DNA from: a bacterium
Lineage (GTDB): Bacteria > Arandabacterota > Arandabacteria > Arandabacterales > JALGWA01
Assembly (NCBI GenBank): GCA_050125095.1
Contig: JASFEA010000014.1
Span: forward strand, 1 to 34,257
Length of the DNA stretch: 34,257 nt
Direction of reading: 5' to 3'
The position numbers and the translations under genes were made by a program. The notes under the pieces were generated by a model. The model saw only the letters and a list, made by a program, of their open reading frames with translations. It had not been told where the DNA came from and searched no databases. Shown piece by piece: positions 1 to 9,161 of this stretch; within the stretch, counting starts at the first letter, position 1, and every line of letters starts with the position of its first letter.

Positions 1-679
1 CGAAAGACGAGATGATGAGCGCCACCGCCAGGGCGACGATCACTATCTTGAGCTTGAGACCCGCGTTCTCGAGGTAGAGCCCTATTGTGCGGTAAACAGC
101 AAGGTCGTCGCCGGTCATTCTCATGTTGTCTATGCGGCCCGGCGACAGCACGTAGCCCGCGACCAGCAGCGTCCCGTCGTCGCCGCGGATTCCGGACGCC
201 ACAATGTCGGGATCCGAGAGAGCAATCCGGCTTGCGTCCATGAGTTCGTACTCGACCCCGGCACGGAACTCCCTGTCCACGCGAGGCGGCGTCTCGGGGA
301 ATGAATGCGTCCGCACCCAGAGGGTGTCCCTGAGCCCGTAGACAGCCGTGAAGTCGACCCGGTTCTCGCGGGCGATTCTCTCGAGGACCGCGCCGGCGTC
401 CACCGCTGCTCTGCCTGCGGCCAGCGCCCTGAACTCTTCCGCTAAGAGGGAACAGGTCTCCCGCGAGTTGTCCTCCAGCCTGTCATAATACTCGCGCGCT
501 ATCTCATAGGAATTGGTCATGGACTCGGCCAGCGCCGGCGAGTTTATGCGCTCGAAGGAATCGAGCAGGAACCGCACGCCGAAGAAGGCGACGACAAGCG
601 TGGGGATCACCCAGAATATGATGAAGAACACCAGGAGCCTACGCTCCAGGCTTCCTCCTCCGCCGAAATCCAGTTTCAT
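1..679 (-). CDS. Sensor histidine kinase, NtrY-like, N-terminal part (runs off the window edge)
   Basis: Manual translation from ATG 679: MKLDFGGGGSLERRLLVFFIIFWVIPTLVVAFFGVRFLLDSFERINSPALAESMTNSYEIAREYY..., a periplasmic stretch, then a second TM (KIVIVALAVALIISSF). The TM-periplasm-TM layout resembles NtrY; the kinase domains are outside the window. Confidence 0.6.
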   Translation of the reverse strand, partial: MKLDFGGGGSLERRLLVFFIIFWVIPTLVVAFFGVRFLLDSFERINSPALAESMTNSYEIAREYYDRLEDNSRETCSLLAEEFRALAAGRAAVDAGAVLERIARENRVDFTAVYGLRDTLWVRTHSFPETPPRVDREFRAGVEYELMDASRIALSDPDIVASGIRGDDGTLLVAGYVLSPGRIDNMRMTGDDLAVYRTIGLYLENAGLKLKIVIVALAVALIISSF

Positions 680-771
680 CGTCGCCCCCGGTGAGCATAT
701 CGCGGTCTCACTTCAACTTCATATAATATACGCGGCCTGCATGCGGCCTTATTCGATTCTATCCACAGGTT

Positions 772-1848
772 TCATGTATTCTTCAAGTGTTTCTTTTTCG
801 CGAATCGTCCCGCGAGCTGCCCGCAGGCGGCCTGTATGTCGCTGCCGAGGCTTTTCCGAATCGTCGCCCTTTTGCCGCGCCCCTTAAGTATGGTCTCGAA
901 CTTCTCCACGGTTTCGGGCTCGGGCCTTTCGTATTTGCAGCCGGGGAAGGGATTGAGCGCGATGAGGTTTATCTTGGCAGGGACCTCGCGCGTTAGGCTC
1001 GCGAGCTCATGGGCGTCTTTGGTGCTGTCGTTAATCCCTTTCATCAACACGTATTCAAACGTGAGTATCCTGCCCTTTGTTTCATGGTAATAGCGCGCGG
1101 CGTTCATGAGCTTCACGAGCGGGACGCGGGCCGCGACCGGCATTATTCTCTCGCGCTTCTCGTCGGTGGCCGCGTTGAGGGAAACGGCGAGGCCGATCTC
1201 GTAAGGCTCCTGCGCAAGCCGCATCATCTCCTCCGGGAGCCCGCTCGTGGATATGGTGATCCGCCTGGAGCCGACGCCGACTTCCTTTATCAATATATGC
1301 ACCGCCTTCATGGTGTTGGCGTAGTTGGCGAGGGGTTCACCCATGCCCATGAGCACGATATTGCCGAATGGCCTGGTGCCGCCGCGCGCTTCCCGGCCGG
1401 CATCATCGCCCAGCTCGTCCAATATGAAGAGCACCTGGCCGACGATCTCCTCCGGCCTGAGGTCGCGCTTAAGGCCCATCCTCCCCGTCGCGCAGAATTT
1501 GCAGGCGTATCCGCAGCCGACCTGCGATGAGATGCAGAGCGTCGCCCCGCGGGGGTGGGGGAGGAAGACGGTTTCGATTTCGTAACCGTCACGCAGGGTG
1601 AGGCCGTATTTGAGCGCCCCGTCTCTCGATGACCTGGCCCTGCCCGCGCGCTTGAGCACGCTGATGTCGTAGCGCTCCTTGAGCGCCTGCCTCAGCCCGA
1701 GAGAGAGATTGGTCATCTCGTCGAAGGACCCGGCGCGTTTGCGGTAGAGCCACGTTGCGATCTGGCCGGCGCGATAGGCCGGTTCACCGAGGTCGGCGAC
1801 CGCCCGGGCAATCTCCTCCCTTGTCATTCCGTTCAAGGATTTGGCCAT
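772..1848 (-). CDS. rlmN: Dual-specificity 23S rRNA/tRNA m2A methyltransferase RlmN (radical SAM)
   Basis: CISSQVGCGYACKFCATG (CxxxCxxC), MGMGEPL, ISTSG, C-terminal DIQAACGQL. Confidence 0.95.
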   Translation of the reverse strand: MAKSLNGMTREEIARAVADLGEPAYRAGQIATWLYRKRAGSFDEMTNLSLGLRQALKERYDISVLKRAGRARSSRDGALKYGLTLRDGYEIETVFLPHPRGATLCISSQVGCGYACKFCATGRMGLKRDLRPEEIVGQVLFILDELGDDAGREARGGTRPFGNIVLMGMGEPLANYANTMKAVHILIKEVGVGSRRITISTSGLPEEMMRLAQEPYEIGLAVSLNAATDEKRERIMPVAARVPLVKLMNAARYYHETKGRILTFEYVLMKGINDSTKDAHELASLTREVPAKINLIALNPFPGCKYERPEPETVEKFETILKGRGKRATIRKSLGSDIQAACGQLAGRFAKKKHLKNT

Positions 1849-1865
1849 GCGGATTTCCGTCCAGA

Positions 1866-3338
1866 TCAGAGTTCGGGGAGCTTATCCCTGACCGCGCCCG
1901 CGCCGGCACGGTCAAGGGCTTCGCCCATCACTTCGAACATATCGCGAAGCCGCTCCCGGTTTATGTCCGGCCGCTGGTAAGCCTTGAGCCGCGACGCGAC
2001 CTCCGCCTTCGCACGCTCCACAAAGCTCGCGGGGTCAACCGAACGCTCGTCCATGAGCGACCTGCGGTCGATCACCTTGCCGGGGTAGCAGCACTCCCTG
2101 CGGTAGAGCCTCAGCGTTTCATCCGTCGTGAGGTAGTTGCCCTCGGCAAGCCCCTCGAGTATGGCGTCGGTGCCCAGCGTATCGCCTTCTCCCGCCAGGC
2201 CCTGCTTGAAGCGCCTCGCCATGCCGCAGATTTCGTTATCGAGTACGAGCTTCTCCAGCGACTGGCAGCTCTCGAAGTTGAGCATGCCGGGACCGGAGAC
2301 GAAGTCCACCGAACCGGCCGACGCGGCGAGCATGGTCATCGCCGACTCCATTCCCGCCTGGGCGTCAAGCAGTTTGGAATCGCTCATGCCCAGATAGGCC
2401 TGCGTGGGCAGGCCGAGGTGTTTGCCCACCTCCGTATCCGCGAGGTCTATAAGAAGGGTCTCGACCGCTCCCATGGGCGAAGTGGAGTGGCGCATATCGA
2501 ATACCGCCGGCGAACCGCCCCAGATGATGGGTGAGCCGGGGGTCCACGCCTGGTGAATCACGATGCCGCTCAGGGTCTCCACGGCGTGCTGAACCACCGA
2601 GGCCACCAGGCTCATGGGCGCGAGCGCCCCGGCGAGCGGCATGGATATGAGCTCCGCCGGGATGGCGTTCTGCGCGCATTCCCTGAGATCGTGGCAGCCG
2701 ATCCCGGACCATCTTAGCGGCGAGGTCGGGCACACGTCGAATATGGCAACGGGCATCTCCCTCAGCGAGTCCCTGCCGGTTCTCGCGAGAAGAAGATCGC
2801 GCATCACTCTGAAACCGGCCTGCGAGAAGGTCCCCGTTACAACCGGCTTGTCGGTCATCAGACAGGATATGAACAGCCTGATGCTGTCGCTCACTTCCTC
2901 TGGAACGTCCGAAGGGATGACTCCCGTGCTCGCCGCCTCTATGTTCTCCAGGCTGTGGGCGAGTTTCGAGAATCGGGCCGCGTCTTCGATCGAAGGCTTG
3001 CGCATGGCCTGCTTCTCAAGGTCGAGAATGAAAAGGGCAGCCGACCCCGGATTGAAATGAATCTGCCCGTCGCCGAAGCCGAAGCGCTTTTCGCCGTTCA
3101 TGCCGTAGAGCTCCAGCGTCTTCGGCGCCGAGTCGACGGCCCTCTGGGTCATGTCGCGCTTGAATCTCGCGTTGTGCTTTTCACGGTCTACGGTCGCACC
3201 CATTTCTGAAAGCAGGTCGAGCGTTTCCGCATCTTCCACTGTTATGCCGGTCGTCTCGAGCAGCGCCATGGCCTCGTCGATGATTTCCTTGATTACCGGC
3301 TCCGAGAGGAGCGTGAGCCTCGGGTTGTGTCTGTCCAT
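1866..3338 (-). CDS. Trimethylamine methyltransferase (MttB superfamily), non-pyrrolysine type
   Basis: SPLRW, PMSLVASVVQHAVETLSG, PGSPIIWGG, MSDSKLLDAQAGMES, SLEKLVLDNEI; no in-frame TAG. Confidence 0.9.
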   Translation of the reverse strand: MDRHNPRLTLLSEPVIKEIIDEAMALLETTGITVEDAETLDLLSEMGATVDREKHNARFKRDMTQRAVDSAPKTLELYGMNGEKRFGFGDGQIHFNPGSAALFILDLEKQAMRKPSIEDAARFSKLAHSLENIEAASTGVIPSDVPEEVSDSIRLFISCLMTDKPVVTGTFSQAGFRVMRDLLLARTGRDSLREMPVAIFDVCPTSPLRWSGIGCHDLRECAQNAIPAELISMPLAGALAPMSLVASVVQHAVETLSGIVIHQAWTPGSPIIWGGSPAVFDMRHSTSPMGAVETLLIDLADTEVGKHLGLPTQAYLGMSDSKLLDAQAGMESAMTMLAASAGSVDFVSGPGMLNFESCQSLEKLVLDNEICGMARRFKQGLAGEGDTLGTDAILEGLAEGNYLTTDETLRLYRRECCYPGKVIDRRSLMDERSVDPASFVERAKAEVASRLKAYQRPDINRERLRDMFEVMGEALDRAGAGAVRDKLPEL

Positions 3339-3385
3339 TCTCCACCTGCCTTCTGGGTGACTGCCGGATGGGATTTACTATCTCT

Positions 3386-3414
3386 TTTGTAATTCAGCCC
3401 GGCCCCCAAGTCAA
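3386..3414 (-). promoter_or_regulatory. sigma-70-type promoter for the mttB-rlmN unit
   Basis: Minus strand TTGACT-N17-TACAAA, about 50 bp upstream of the mttB start. Confidence 0.5.
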
Positions 3415-3519
3415 GGGCGGCGTGCGACGCAGTGGGCCAAGCGGCGTGCGACGCCCGGCTCCGGCGCACCTCGTTCTCCAGCGGGTTCACTGCCGCAATC
3501 TTAACGACGTTCTTTTGTA

Positions 3520-3548
3520 TTGACTCATGGGGCATGGGCACGTATAAA
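3520..3548 (+). promoter_or_regulatory. sigma-70-type promoter for the ArsR-family gene
   Basis: TTGACT-N17-TATAAA, followed by SD AGGAGG before ATG 3579. Confidence 0.6.
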
Positions 3549-3578
3549 CGTATGCGGATAGTCGAATAGGAGGGGTAA

Positions 3579-4175
3579 ATGGTTGACGCGAGGACATTTC
3601 AGGCGCTATCGGACCCCACCAGGTTGAAGATACTGTCGCTTCTCGGCGGCGGCTCAATGAACGTGACGGCCATGGTCGAGAAGCTCGACGTAACACAGCC
3701 CGCCGTCTCGAGGCACCTCAAAGTGCTCCGGGAGGCCGGGCTGATAGTGGACGCCAGGAACGGCAAGTGGGTCGAGTACTCCAGCAATCCGCCGGCAGTC
3801 GCGGAAGCGGCCGAGTATCTTAAGCGTCTATACCATGCGCGGGGTGAAGCCCACGGGGAAGCCCGCGGGGATGCACGAAGGGAAGCGGCAGCAGTTCGCT
3901 CCCCGAAGGCGGAGAGCGCTCAGGCGTATGTGCGGATGCCGCGCGCGGGGAGGCGCCGCGCGCAGCCTCGCCCGAAGACGCAGGCCGGAGCGGGTCCCGC
4001 TGCGGCTCCCGTACGGGCGAAGCGGCCCGGGCCCGAAACCCCGGGGAAGCAATCGGCCAGGGCCGGGGTCGCCAAAAGGGCGGTGTCCGCCGAGCCCGCC
4101 GAGCCTGCCGAGCATGCCGGATCCCGCTATGTGGTCGAGCGGGACGAGGACTTTATTGACGACCTCATGCTCTGA
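3579..4175 (+). CDS. ArsR/SmtB-family transcriptional regulator with a long low-complexity C-terminal tail
   Basis: FQALSDPTRLKILSLL...TQPAVSRHLKVLREAGLI...RNGKWVEYS is the ArsR winged HTH; the remaining ~100 aa are Ala/Arg/Pro-rich. Confidence 0.9.
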   Translation: MVDARTFQALSDPTRLKILSLLGGGSMNVTAMVEKLDVTQPAVSRHLKVLREAGLIVDARNGKWVEYSSNPPAVAEAAEYLKRLYHARGEAHGEARGDARREAAAVRSPKAESAQAYVRMPRAGRRRAQPRPKTQAGAGPAAAPVRAKRPGPETPGKQSARAGVAKRAVSAEPAEPAEHAGSRYVVERDEDFIDDLML

Positions 4176-4224
4176 AAGAGCTTTACATATCTTATCTCTT
4201 GTCGGCTTACTGCGGAAAGGTGCG

Positions 4225-6333
4225 ATGATACTACTGGGGGCCAGTCCCAGTTCATACCGTCTGCCTCGTTTGAATTCACTCAATATACTTCTGGCCTGGT
4301 TCATTTGGCTTGCAATGCTTCTGGCCGCATCCGCGCCGCCGGCCGCCGCGGCGGAAGTGTACCGGCCGTCCGAGCGAATCGTCATCGACAGGATGACCGT
4401 GGTCATCACGGGCAATCACCAGGAGGGCCGCTCGGGAGACTGGGTGAGTAAGCCCCTGTCGCTCTATATAACCGACGCCGCGGGCCGACCCGTGAGCGGA
4501 GCCAGCGTGGGATTCTGGCTCGAAAACGGCGGCAAGGCCGAGCTCGACGTCGCCACGGTGATAACGGGCGCAGACGGGCGCGCGGAGGCGAGGCTCAGGC
4601 TGGGCAATGAAACGCGTGAATACACCGTGGGAGCCCATATTCACCATGACGAGCTTGGAAGTGGCGTAATTGAGTTCTACTCGCAGTCTTACAATATAAC
4701 TCGCCTGGTGTTTTTCATACTCGGCGGACTCGGTCTGTTTCTCTACGGCCTTTCCACGCTGTCGCAGAGCCTGCAGAAGGTCGCGGGGCAGAGGCTCAGG
4801 TCCATATTGAAGCTCCTGACGAGCAACAGGTTCCTGGGGCTCGCCGTAGGGGCGTTCATCACGGCGGTAATACAATCGAGCAGCGCGACTACGGTGATGG
4901 TGGTGGGCTTCGTCAACGCCGGCCTGCTCCAGCTCAAGCAGGCGGTTGGCGTAGTTATCGGGGCCAATGTCGGTACGACAATAACCGGACAGCTGATCGC
5001 GTTTAAGATCGACAAGTACTCGCTTCCCATCATCGCCATCGGTTTCGTGATGATCATGCTCTCGAAGCGCGCCAGGACGAAGCGATGGGGCGAGGCGGTT
5101 CTGGGTTTCGGGCTGCTCTTCCTCGGGCTGTCGATTATGAAGGACACGCTCTCTCCGCTCGGCGGAAGCAGCATGGTGCGGAGCTTCTTCATCAGGTTCA
5201 GCGAGCAGCCCATACTCGGGGTGTTCGCCGGCATGCTCGCGACCATGATCATACAGTCGAGCAGCGCGACGGTGGGCCTCACGATGGCTCTCGCGGCCAC
5301 CGGGCTCATAGACCTGCGCGGCGCCATATGCCTGGTTCTCGGCGAGAACATAGGCACGACCATAACTGCCCAGCTGGCCAGCATCGGAACCAACAGAGCG
5401 GCGAGGCGGGCGGCCTGGGCGCATACCATGTTCAACTCGGCCGGCGTGGCCGCCATGCTCATCATCATGTATACGACCGATTTCTATGTCAACCTCGTGC
5501 GCTCGACTTCGCATGACATCATGCGGCAGATCGCCAACTCGCATACCCTGTTCAATGTCCTCAATGCCGGCTTATTTATCTGTCTCGTGGGGCCGCTCAC
5601 GAGGCTCGTGAAGCTCGTGGTGCCGGGAGACGAAGTGAGCCTCAGGGTCGAGCCGCAGTTTCTCGAGAAGCATCTCCTGGATACGCCGTTCATAGCCATG
5701 GAACAGGCCAAGAAGGAAATCGTCAGAATGGCGGGGATAGCCGAACAGGCGGTCAGGGGCGCGAGTACCGCTTTCTTCAAGAGCGACACTTCTTACCTTA
5801 AGACCGTGCCCGTGCTCGAGGAGGGGCTCGATCACCTGCAGCGCGAGATCACGCATTACCTGGTCGAGCTCGCGAAGCGCAGCCTTACGGGCACCCAGTC
5901 GGAGCAGCTCCCGGTGCTGCTCCACACGATCAACGACCTGGAGAGGGTCGGCGACCACGCCGAGAACATCCTCGAGCTCGCCGAGAGAAGAACGTATGAG
6001 AAGGTTGATATCCCGCCCGACGCGATTGACTACCTGGAGGCGATGAGCGGACTCATCTTCGAGATGGCCGGGCGCGTGGCCGGCGCTCTCGAAAACGACG
6101 ACCATGAAGAGGCGAGAGCCGCCCTGAAGATAGAGGACAGGATCAACCGCATGCATATAGAGATGCGCCAGAACTACGCCATGAGGCTGGGCAGAGGGGA
6201 GGCCGATGCGCGCAGCGGCCTTATATTCTTTGATCTGGTCATGAATTATGAGAAAATTGGGGACCACTACACCAACGTGGCACAGGCCGTGCTCGGAGAG
6301 TTGCGGTGGGACAAGGGGGTCAAGGCGGCGTGA
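4225..6333 (+). CDS. Na+/phosphate cotransporter family protein (PhoU-like C-terminus) with an N-terminal signal peptide and Ig-like domain
   Basis: GGLGLFLYGL, two QSSSAT motifs, GANVGTT/GENIGTT, C-terminal DLERVGDH and YEKIGDH repeats. Start uncertain (4225, 4270 or 4315); the track start at 3835 overlaps arsR. Confidence 0.88.
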   Translation: MILLGASPSSYRLPRLNSLNILLAWFIWLAMLLAASAPPAAAAEVYRPSERIVIDRMTVVITGNHQEGRSGDWVSKPLSLYITDAAGRPVSGASVGFWLENGGKAELDVATVITGADGRAEARLRLGNETREYTVGAHIHHDELGSGVIEFYSQSYNITRLVFFILGGLGLFLYGLSTLSQSLQKVAGQRLRSILKLLTSNRFLGLAVGAFITAVIQSSSATTVMVVGFVNAGLLQLKQAVGVVIGANVGTTITGQLIAFKIDKYSLPIIAIGFVMIMLSKRARTKRWGEAVLGFGLLFLGLSIMKDTLSPLGGSSMVRSFFIRFSEQPILGVFAGMLATMIIQSSSATVGLTMALAATGLIDLRGAICLVLGENIGTTITAQLASIGTNRAARRAAWAHTMFNSAGVAAMLIIMYTTDFYVNLVRSTSHDIMRQIANSHTLFNVLNAGLFICLVGPLTRLVKLVVPGDEVSLRVEPQFLEKHLLDTPFIAMEQAKKEIVRMAGIAEQAVRGASTAFFKSDTSYLKTVPVLEEGLDHLQREITHYLVELAKRSLTGTQSEQLPVLLHTINDLERVGDHAENILELAERRTYEKVDIPPDAIDYLEAMSGLIFEMAGRVAGALENDDHEEARAALKIEDRINRMHIEMRQNYAMRLGRGEADARSGLIFFDLVMNYEKIGDHYTNVAQAVLGELRWDKGVKAA

Positions 6334-7709
6334 CGGATTCGCCAAGACGACATGGCAGGGTACTCATAGTCGACGACGAGAAGAGCGTGAGGGAAATGCT
6401 CCGCAAAGTCCTCGAGTATGAGAACTACGAGCCCGTGGAAGCCGCCGATGGAGCCGAGGCGCTGGACAGCGCCCAGGCGGGCGGCTTCGACGCCATGATG
6501 CTGGACATAAAGATGCCGGGCATGGACGGGTTGGAGGTTCTGAAAAAAGTCGTCGAATTACATCCCGAGATCCCGGTCATCATGATATCCGGGCACGGCA
6601 CCATATCGACGGCCGTGGAGGCGACGAAGCTCGGGGCCTTCGATTTCCTCGAGAAGCCGCTCGACAGGGACCGCGTGCTGCTCACGCTGAGGAATGCCGT
6701 GTTCGCCGGGAAGCTCGCCGCCGAGAAAGCGTCTCTCGAGAAGGAACTCGGAAAGGGTTTCGAGCTCGTGGGAGAGAGCCCGGCCATACAGGACCTCAGG
6801 AAGGACATCGAAAAACTCGCGCCCACGCGGGCCAGCATACTCCTCCTGGGCGAGAACGGGGTGGGCAAGGGCGTCGTCGCGAGATCGATTCACAGGCACT
6901 CGGACAGGTCGGGAGAGCGTTTCGTCGAAGTGAGCTGCGCGGCCATTCCCGACGACCTCATCGAAAGCGAGCTCATGGGCCATGAGAAGGGCGCCTTCAC
7001 CGGGGCCTCGATACGCAAGCCCGGCAAGTTCGAACTTGCAAACGGCGGCACGATATTCTTAGACGAGATCGGCGACATGAGCCCGCGCGTGCAGGCCAAG
7101 GTGCTGAGGGTGCTCGAAGAGCAGGAGTTCGAGCGGGTGGGCGGCACCGACACACTGAAGGTGGACGTCCGGGTGCTGGCGGCAACCAACAAGAAGATCC
7201 CGGACCTCATATCCAAAGGCGAGTTCCGCGAGGATCTATACTTCAGGCTGAACACGGTCACCATAAACATACCTCCCTTAAGGCAGCGCAGGGACGACAT
7301 TGCGCTCCTCGCCGAACACTTCATCAAGATCTACTGCGACATGTACGGGCTCAAGCTCAAGAAGATGGAGCCGGGGGTTCTGGAGACTCTCGAGGACTAC
7401 TCTTGGCCGGGCAATGTGCGCGAGCTCAGGAACATAATGGAGCGCATGGTTATTACTTCCGCGGGCGACACCATCGTGCCTTCGGACCTCCCGGCGCTGT
7501 GTGCGGACATCGGCGCTGACGCGAAAGATTTCCTGGGCGCCCCCACCTACGATGAATTCCGCAGGAACTCCGAGAAGGCGTTTCTCGAGAAGCATCTCGA
7601 GGCCAACCGCTACAACATCTCCAGGACGGCCGAGCAGCTCGGAATGCAGCGGAGCAGCCTGTATAAGAAGATGAGCAGCCTGGGCATCAACCCTCCGGAA
7701 AAAGACTGA
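6330..7709 (+). CDS. sigma-54-dependent response regulator (NtrC/NtrX family)
   Basis: Receiver (VLIVDDE, MLDIKMPG, MISGHG, FLEKP), Walker A GENGVGK, GAFTGA, FLDEIG, WPGNVREL, Fis-type HTH. GTG 6330 overlaps the upstream TGA. Confidence 0.93.
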   Translation: MTDSPRRHGRVLIVDDEKSVREMLRKVLEYENYEPVEAADGAEALDSAQAGGFDAMMLDIKMPGMDGLEVLKKVVELHPEIPVIMISGHGTISTAVEATKLGAFDFLEKPLDRDRVLLTLRNAVFAGKLAAEKASLEKELGKGFELVGESPAIQDLRKDIEKLAPTRASILLLGENGVGKGVVARSIHRHSDRSGERFVEVSCAAIPDDLIESELMGHEKGAFTGASIRKPGKFELANGGTIFLDEIGDMSPRVQAKVLRVLEEQEFERVGGTDTLKVDVRVLAATNKKIPDLISKGEFREDLYFRLNTVTINIPPLRQRRDDIALLAEHFIKIYCDMYGLKLKKMEPGVLETLEDYSWPGNVRELRNIMERMVITSAGDTIVPSDLPALCADIGADAKDFLGAPTYDEFRRNSEKAFLEKHLEANRYNISRTAEQLGMQRSSLYKKMSSLGINPPEKD

Positions 7710-7711
7710 TC

Positions 7712-8902
7712 ATGACCCGCGCGGAAGGCACCGTAAGGCTCAAAGCCACCGAGGACGAACGCATACGGGGCGGGCATGTCTGGGTGTACGACAACGAGAT
7801 AGCCGGCGTGGAAGGCGATCCCGCCGACGGCGCCGTGGTGTGGGTCGAGGACCATAGGGGGCGGAAGCTGGGAACGGGTTTCATAGACAGGCAGTCGGTA
7901 ATAGCCGTGAGGCTCTTGACGCGAGGTTCGAAGCGCGTTTTTTCGGCGGGCGACGTTGAGGGGCTGCTTGCCGCGGCGTTCGGGCGGCGGGGGAGCCTGC
8001 GGCACGATTGCCTGAGGCTGGTCAATGCCGAGGGCGACTATATGCCGGGCCTTATCGTCGACCGCTACGGCGACGCGGTGGTCGTGCAGGCCGGGCTGGA
8101 AGGGTGGAAGAGAACCGATGTGAGCGCCGCCGTCCTGGGCGGAATCACGCGCCTCCTGAGCCCGCGCCTGCTTCTCTTCAAGCAGGCCTCGGGCACTTCC
8201 CGCGTTGAGGGCTCTCCCCCCGCATGCTCGCCCATAGAAGACGGCGACCCCGACGCCACGGTATGGGTTCGCGAGGCGGACCTGGAGGTTAAGGTCGACC
8301 TGGTTTCGGGCCAGAAGACGGGCTTCTATATTGACCAGCGCGAGAACAGGAAGTCGATTCTTCCCTATGTCGACGGGGCGCGCGTGCTGGACTGCTTCTG
8401 CTATTCGGGCATATGGTCGTGCATGTGCGCGGCCGCCGGCGCGGATGAAGTGACGGGCGTCGATTCATCCGCACCGGCGCTGGCCCTCGGCCGGGCCAAT
8501 GCGGAGAGAAACGGCCTTGCGGACAGGGTGGGGTTTGAGGAGGCCGATGTCTTCGATTACCTTCCCGGGCTGGCGAGAGCCCGGGAGAAATACGACGTCA
8601 TCATCCTGGACCCGCCCTCCCTGGCCCGGACGCGCAAGCAGGTCGCAGGCGCCATGAGGGGGTATATTCACATTAATAAGGTGGCGATGGGGCTTCTCAG
8701 GCCCGGCGGCATCCTGGTCACGTGCTCGTGCTCGCATCACATGACCCGCGAGCGCTTCATGGAGATGCTGCGGCACACCTCCGGCCTGGTCCGCAGGCAG
8801 GCTTCCGTGATGCGCGTAGGCGGTCAGCCCGAGGACCATATCTCGCTTCTGGGAGCGCCCGAGACCGACTATCTCAAGTGCGTAAGCCTCAGAATCGAAT
8901 AG
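7712..8902 (+). CDS. rlmI: RlmI-like class I SAM-dependent rRNA methyltransferase (PUA domain)
   Basis: GHVWVYDNEI, EGDYMPGLIVDRYG, GQKTGFYIDQRENR, VLDCFCYSG, DVIILDPP, TCSCS, PETDYLK. Confidence 0.85.
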   Translation: MTRAEGTVRLKATEDERIRGGHVWVYDNEIAGVEGDPADGAVVWVEDHRGRKLGTGFIDRQSVIAVRLLTRGSKRVFSAGDVEGLLAAAFGRRGSLRHDCLRLVNAEGDYMPGLIVDRYGDAVVVQAGLEGWKRTDVSAAVLGGITRLLSPRLLLFKQASGTSRVEGSPPACSPIEDGDPDATVWVREADLEVKVDLVSGQKTGFYIDQRENRKSILPYVDGARVLDCFCYSGIWSCMCAAAGADEVTGVDSSAPALALGRANAERNGLADRVGFEEADVFDYLPGLARAREKYDVIILDPPSLARTRKQVAGAMRGYIHINKVAMGLLRPGGILVTCSCSHHMTRERFMEMLRHTSGLVRRQASVMRVGGQPEDHISLLGAPETDYLKCVSLRIE

Positions 8903-8941
8903 GCTTGGGGCGGCTCAAGCGGGTTCTTTTGTGAACAAATC

Positions 8942-8958
8942 TGTGTCCCATCGACACA
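8942..8958. promoter_or_regulatory. Candidate upstream activator site (palindrome)
   Basis: TGTGTC-CCATC-GACACA (TGT-N11-ACA), about 140 bp upstream of a sigma-54 box. Confidence 0.55.
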
Positions 8959-9095
8959 TCGGCCCCCTGCTGTAATCTCCCCGGACGCGCCCGGGAGGGG
9001 GCAGATCAATATAGGTCCGGCCTAATCCCTTGAATTTAAATCCGATAGGATGCTCGATGCGTTGCGCCGGGCCGCCGGCGCTACGTGCCCACTTG

Positions 9096-9111
9096 TGGCA
9101 CGCGGTATGCT
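9096..9111 (+). promoter_or_regulatory. sigma-54 (-24/-12) promoter
   Basis: TGGCACGCGGTATGCT: GG-N10-GC with a TGGCACG -24 element, intergenic and facing the downstream operon. Confidence 0.8.
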
Positions 9112-9161
9112 TTTAATTCAGGGCGGTTGAGTAAAACGTATCGATTGGGGAGGTGAGTCAA

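Noticed and set aside
758-766. DnaA-box-like CTATCCACA
   Set aside because: Single copy with one mismatch; no box cluster or other origin context.
1866-3338. Pyrrolysine recoding in MttB
   Set aside because: The ORF is uninterrupted with no in-frame amber codon, and no pyl genes are in the window.
3835-4224. 130-aa N-terminal extension of the Na/Pi transporter given by the ORF track
   Set aside because: It overlaps the ArsR CDS in another frame and is Pro/Arg-rich shadow sequence; the signal-like segment begins after 4225.
4276-5544. 422-aa minus-strand ORF, and similar ones at 9081-10136, 20292-21596 and 28321-29229
   Set aside because: All are antisense to well-supported genes and lack motifs or SD signals.
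8904-8930. Terminator after the RlmI-like gene
   Set aside because: The short stem is separated from the T-run by GGG; too weak to call.
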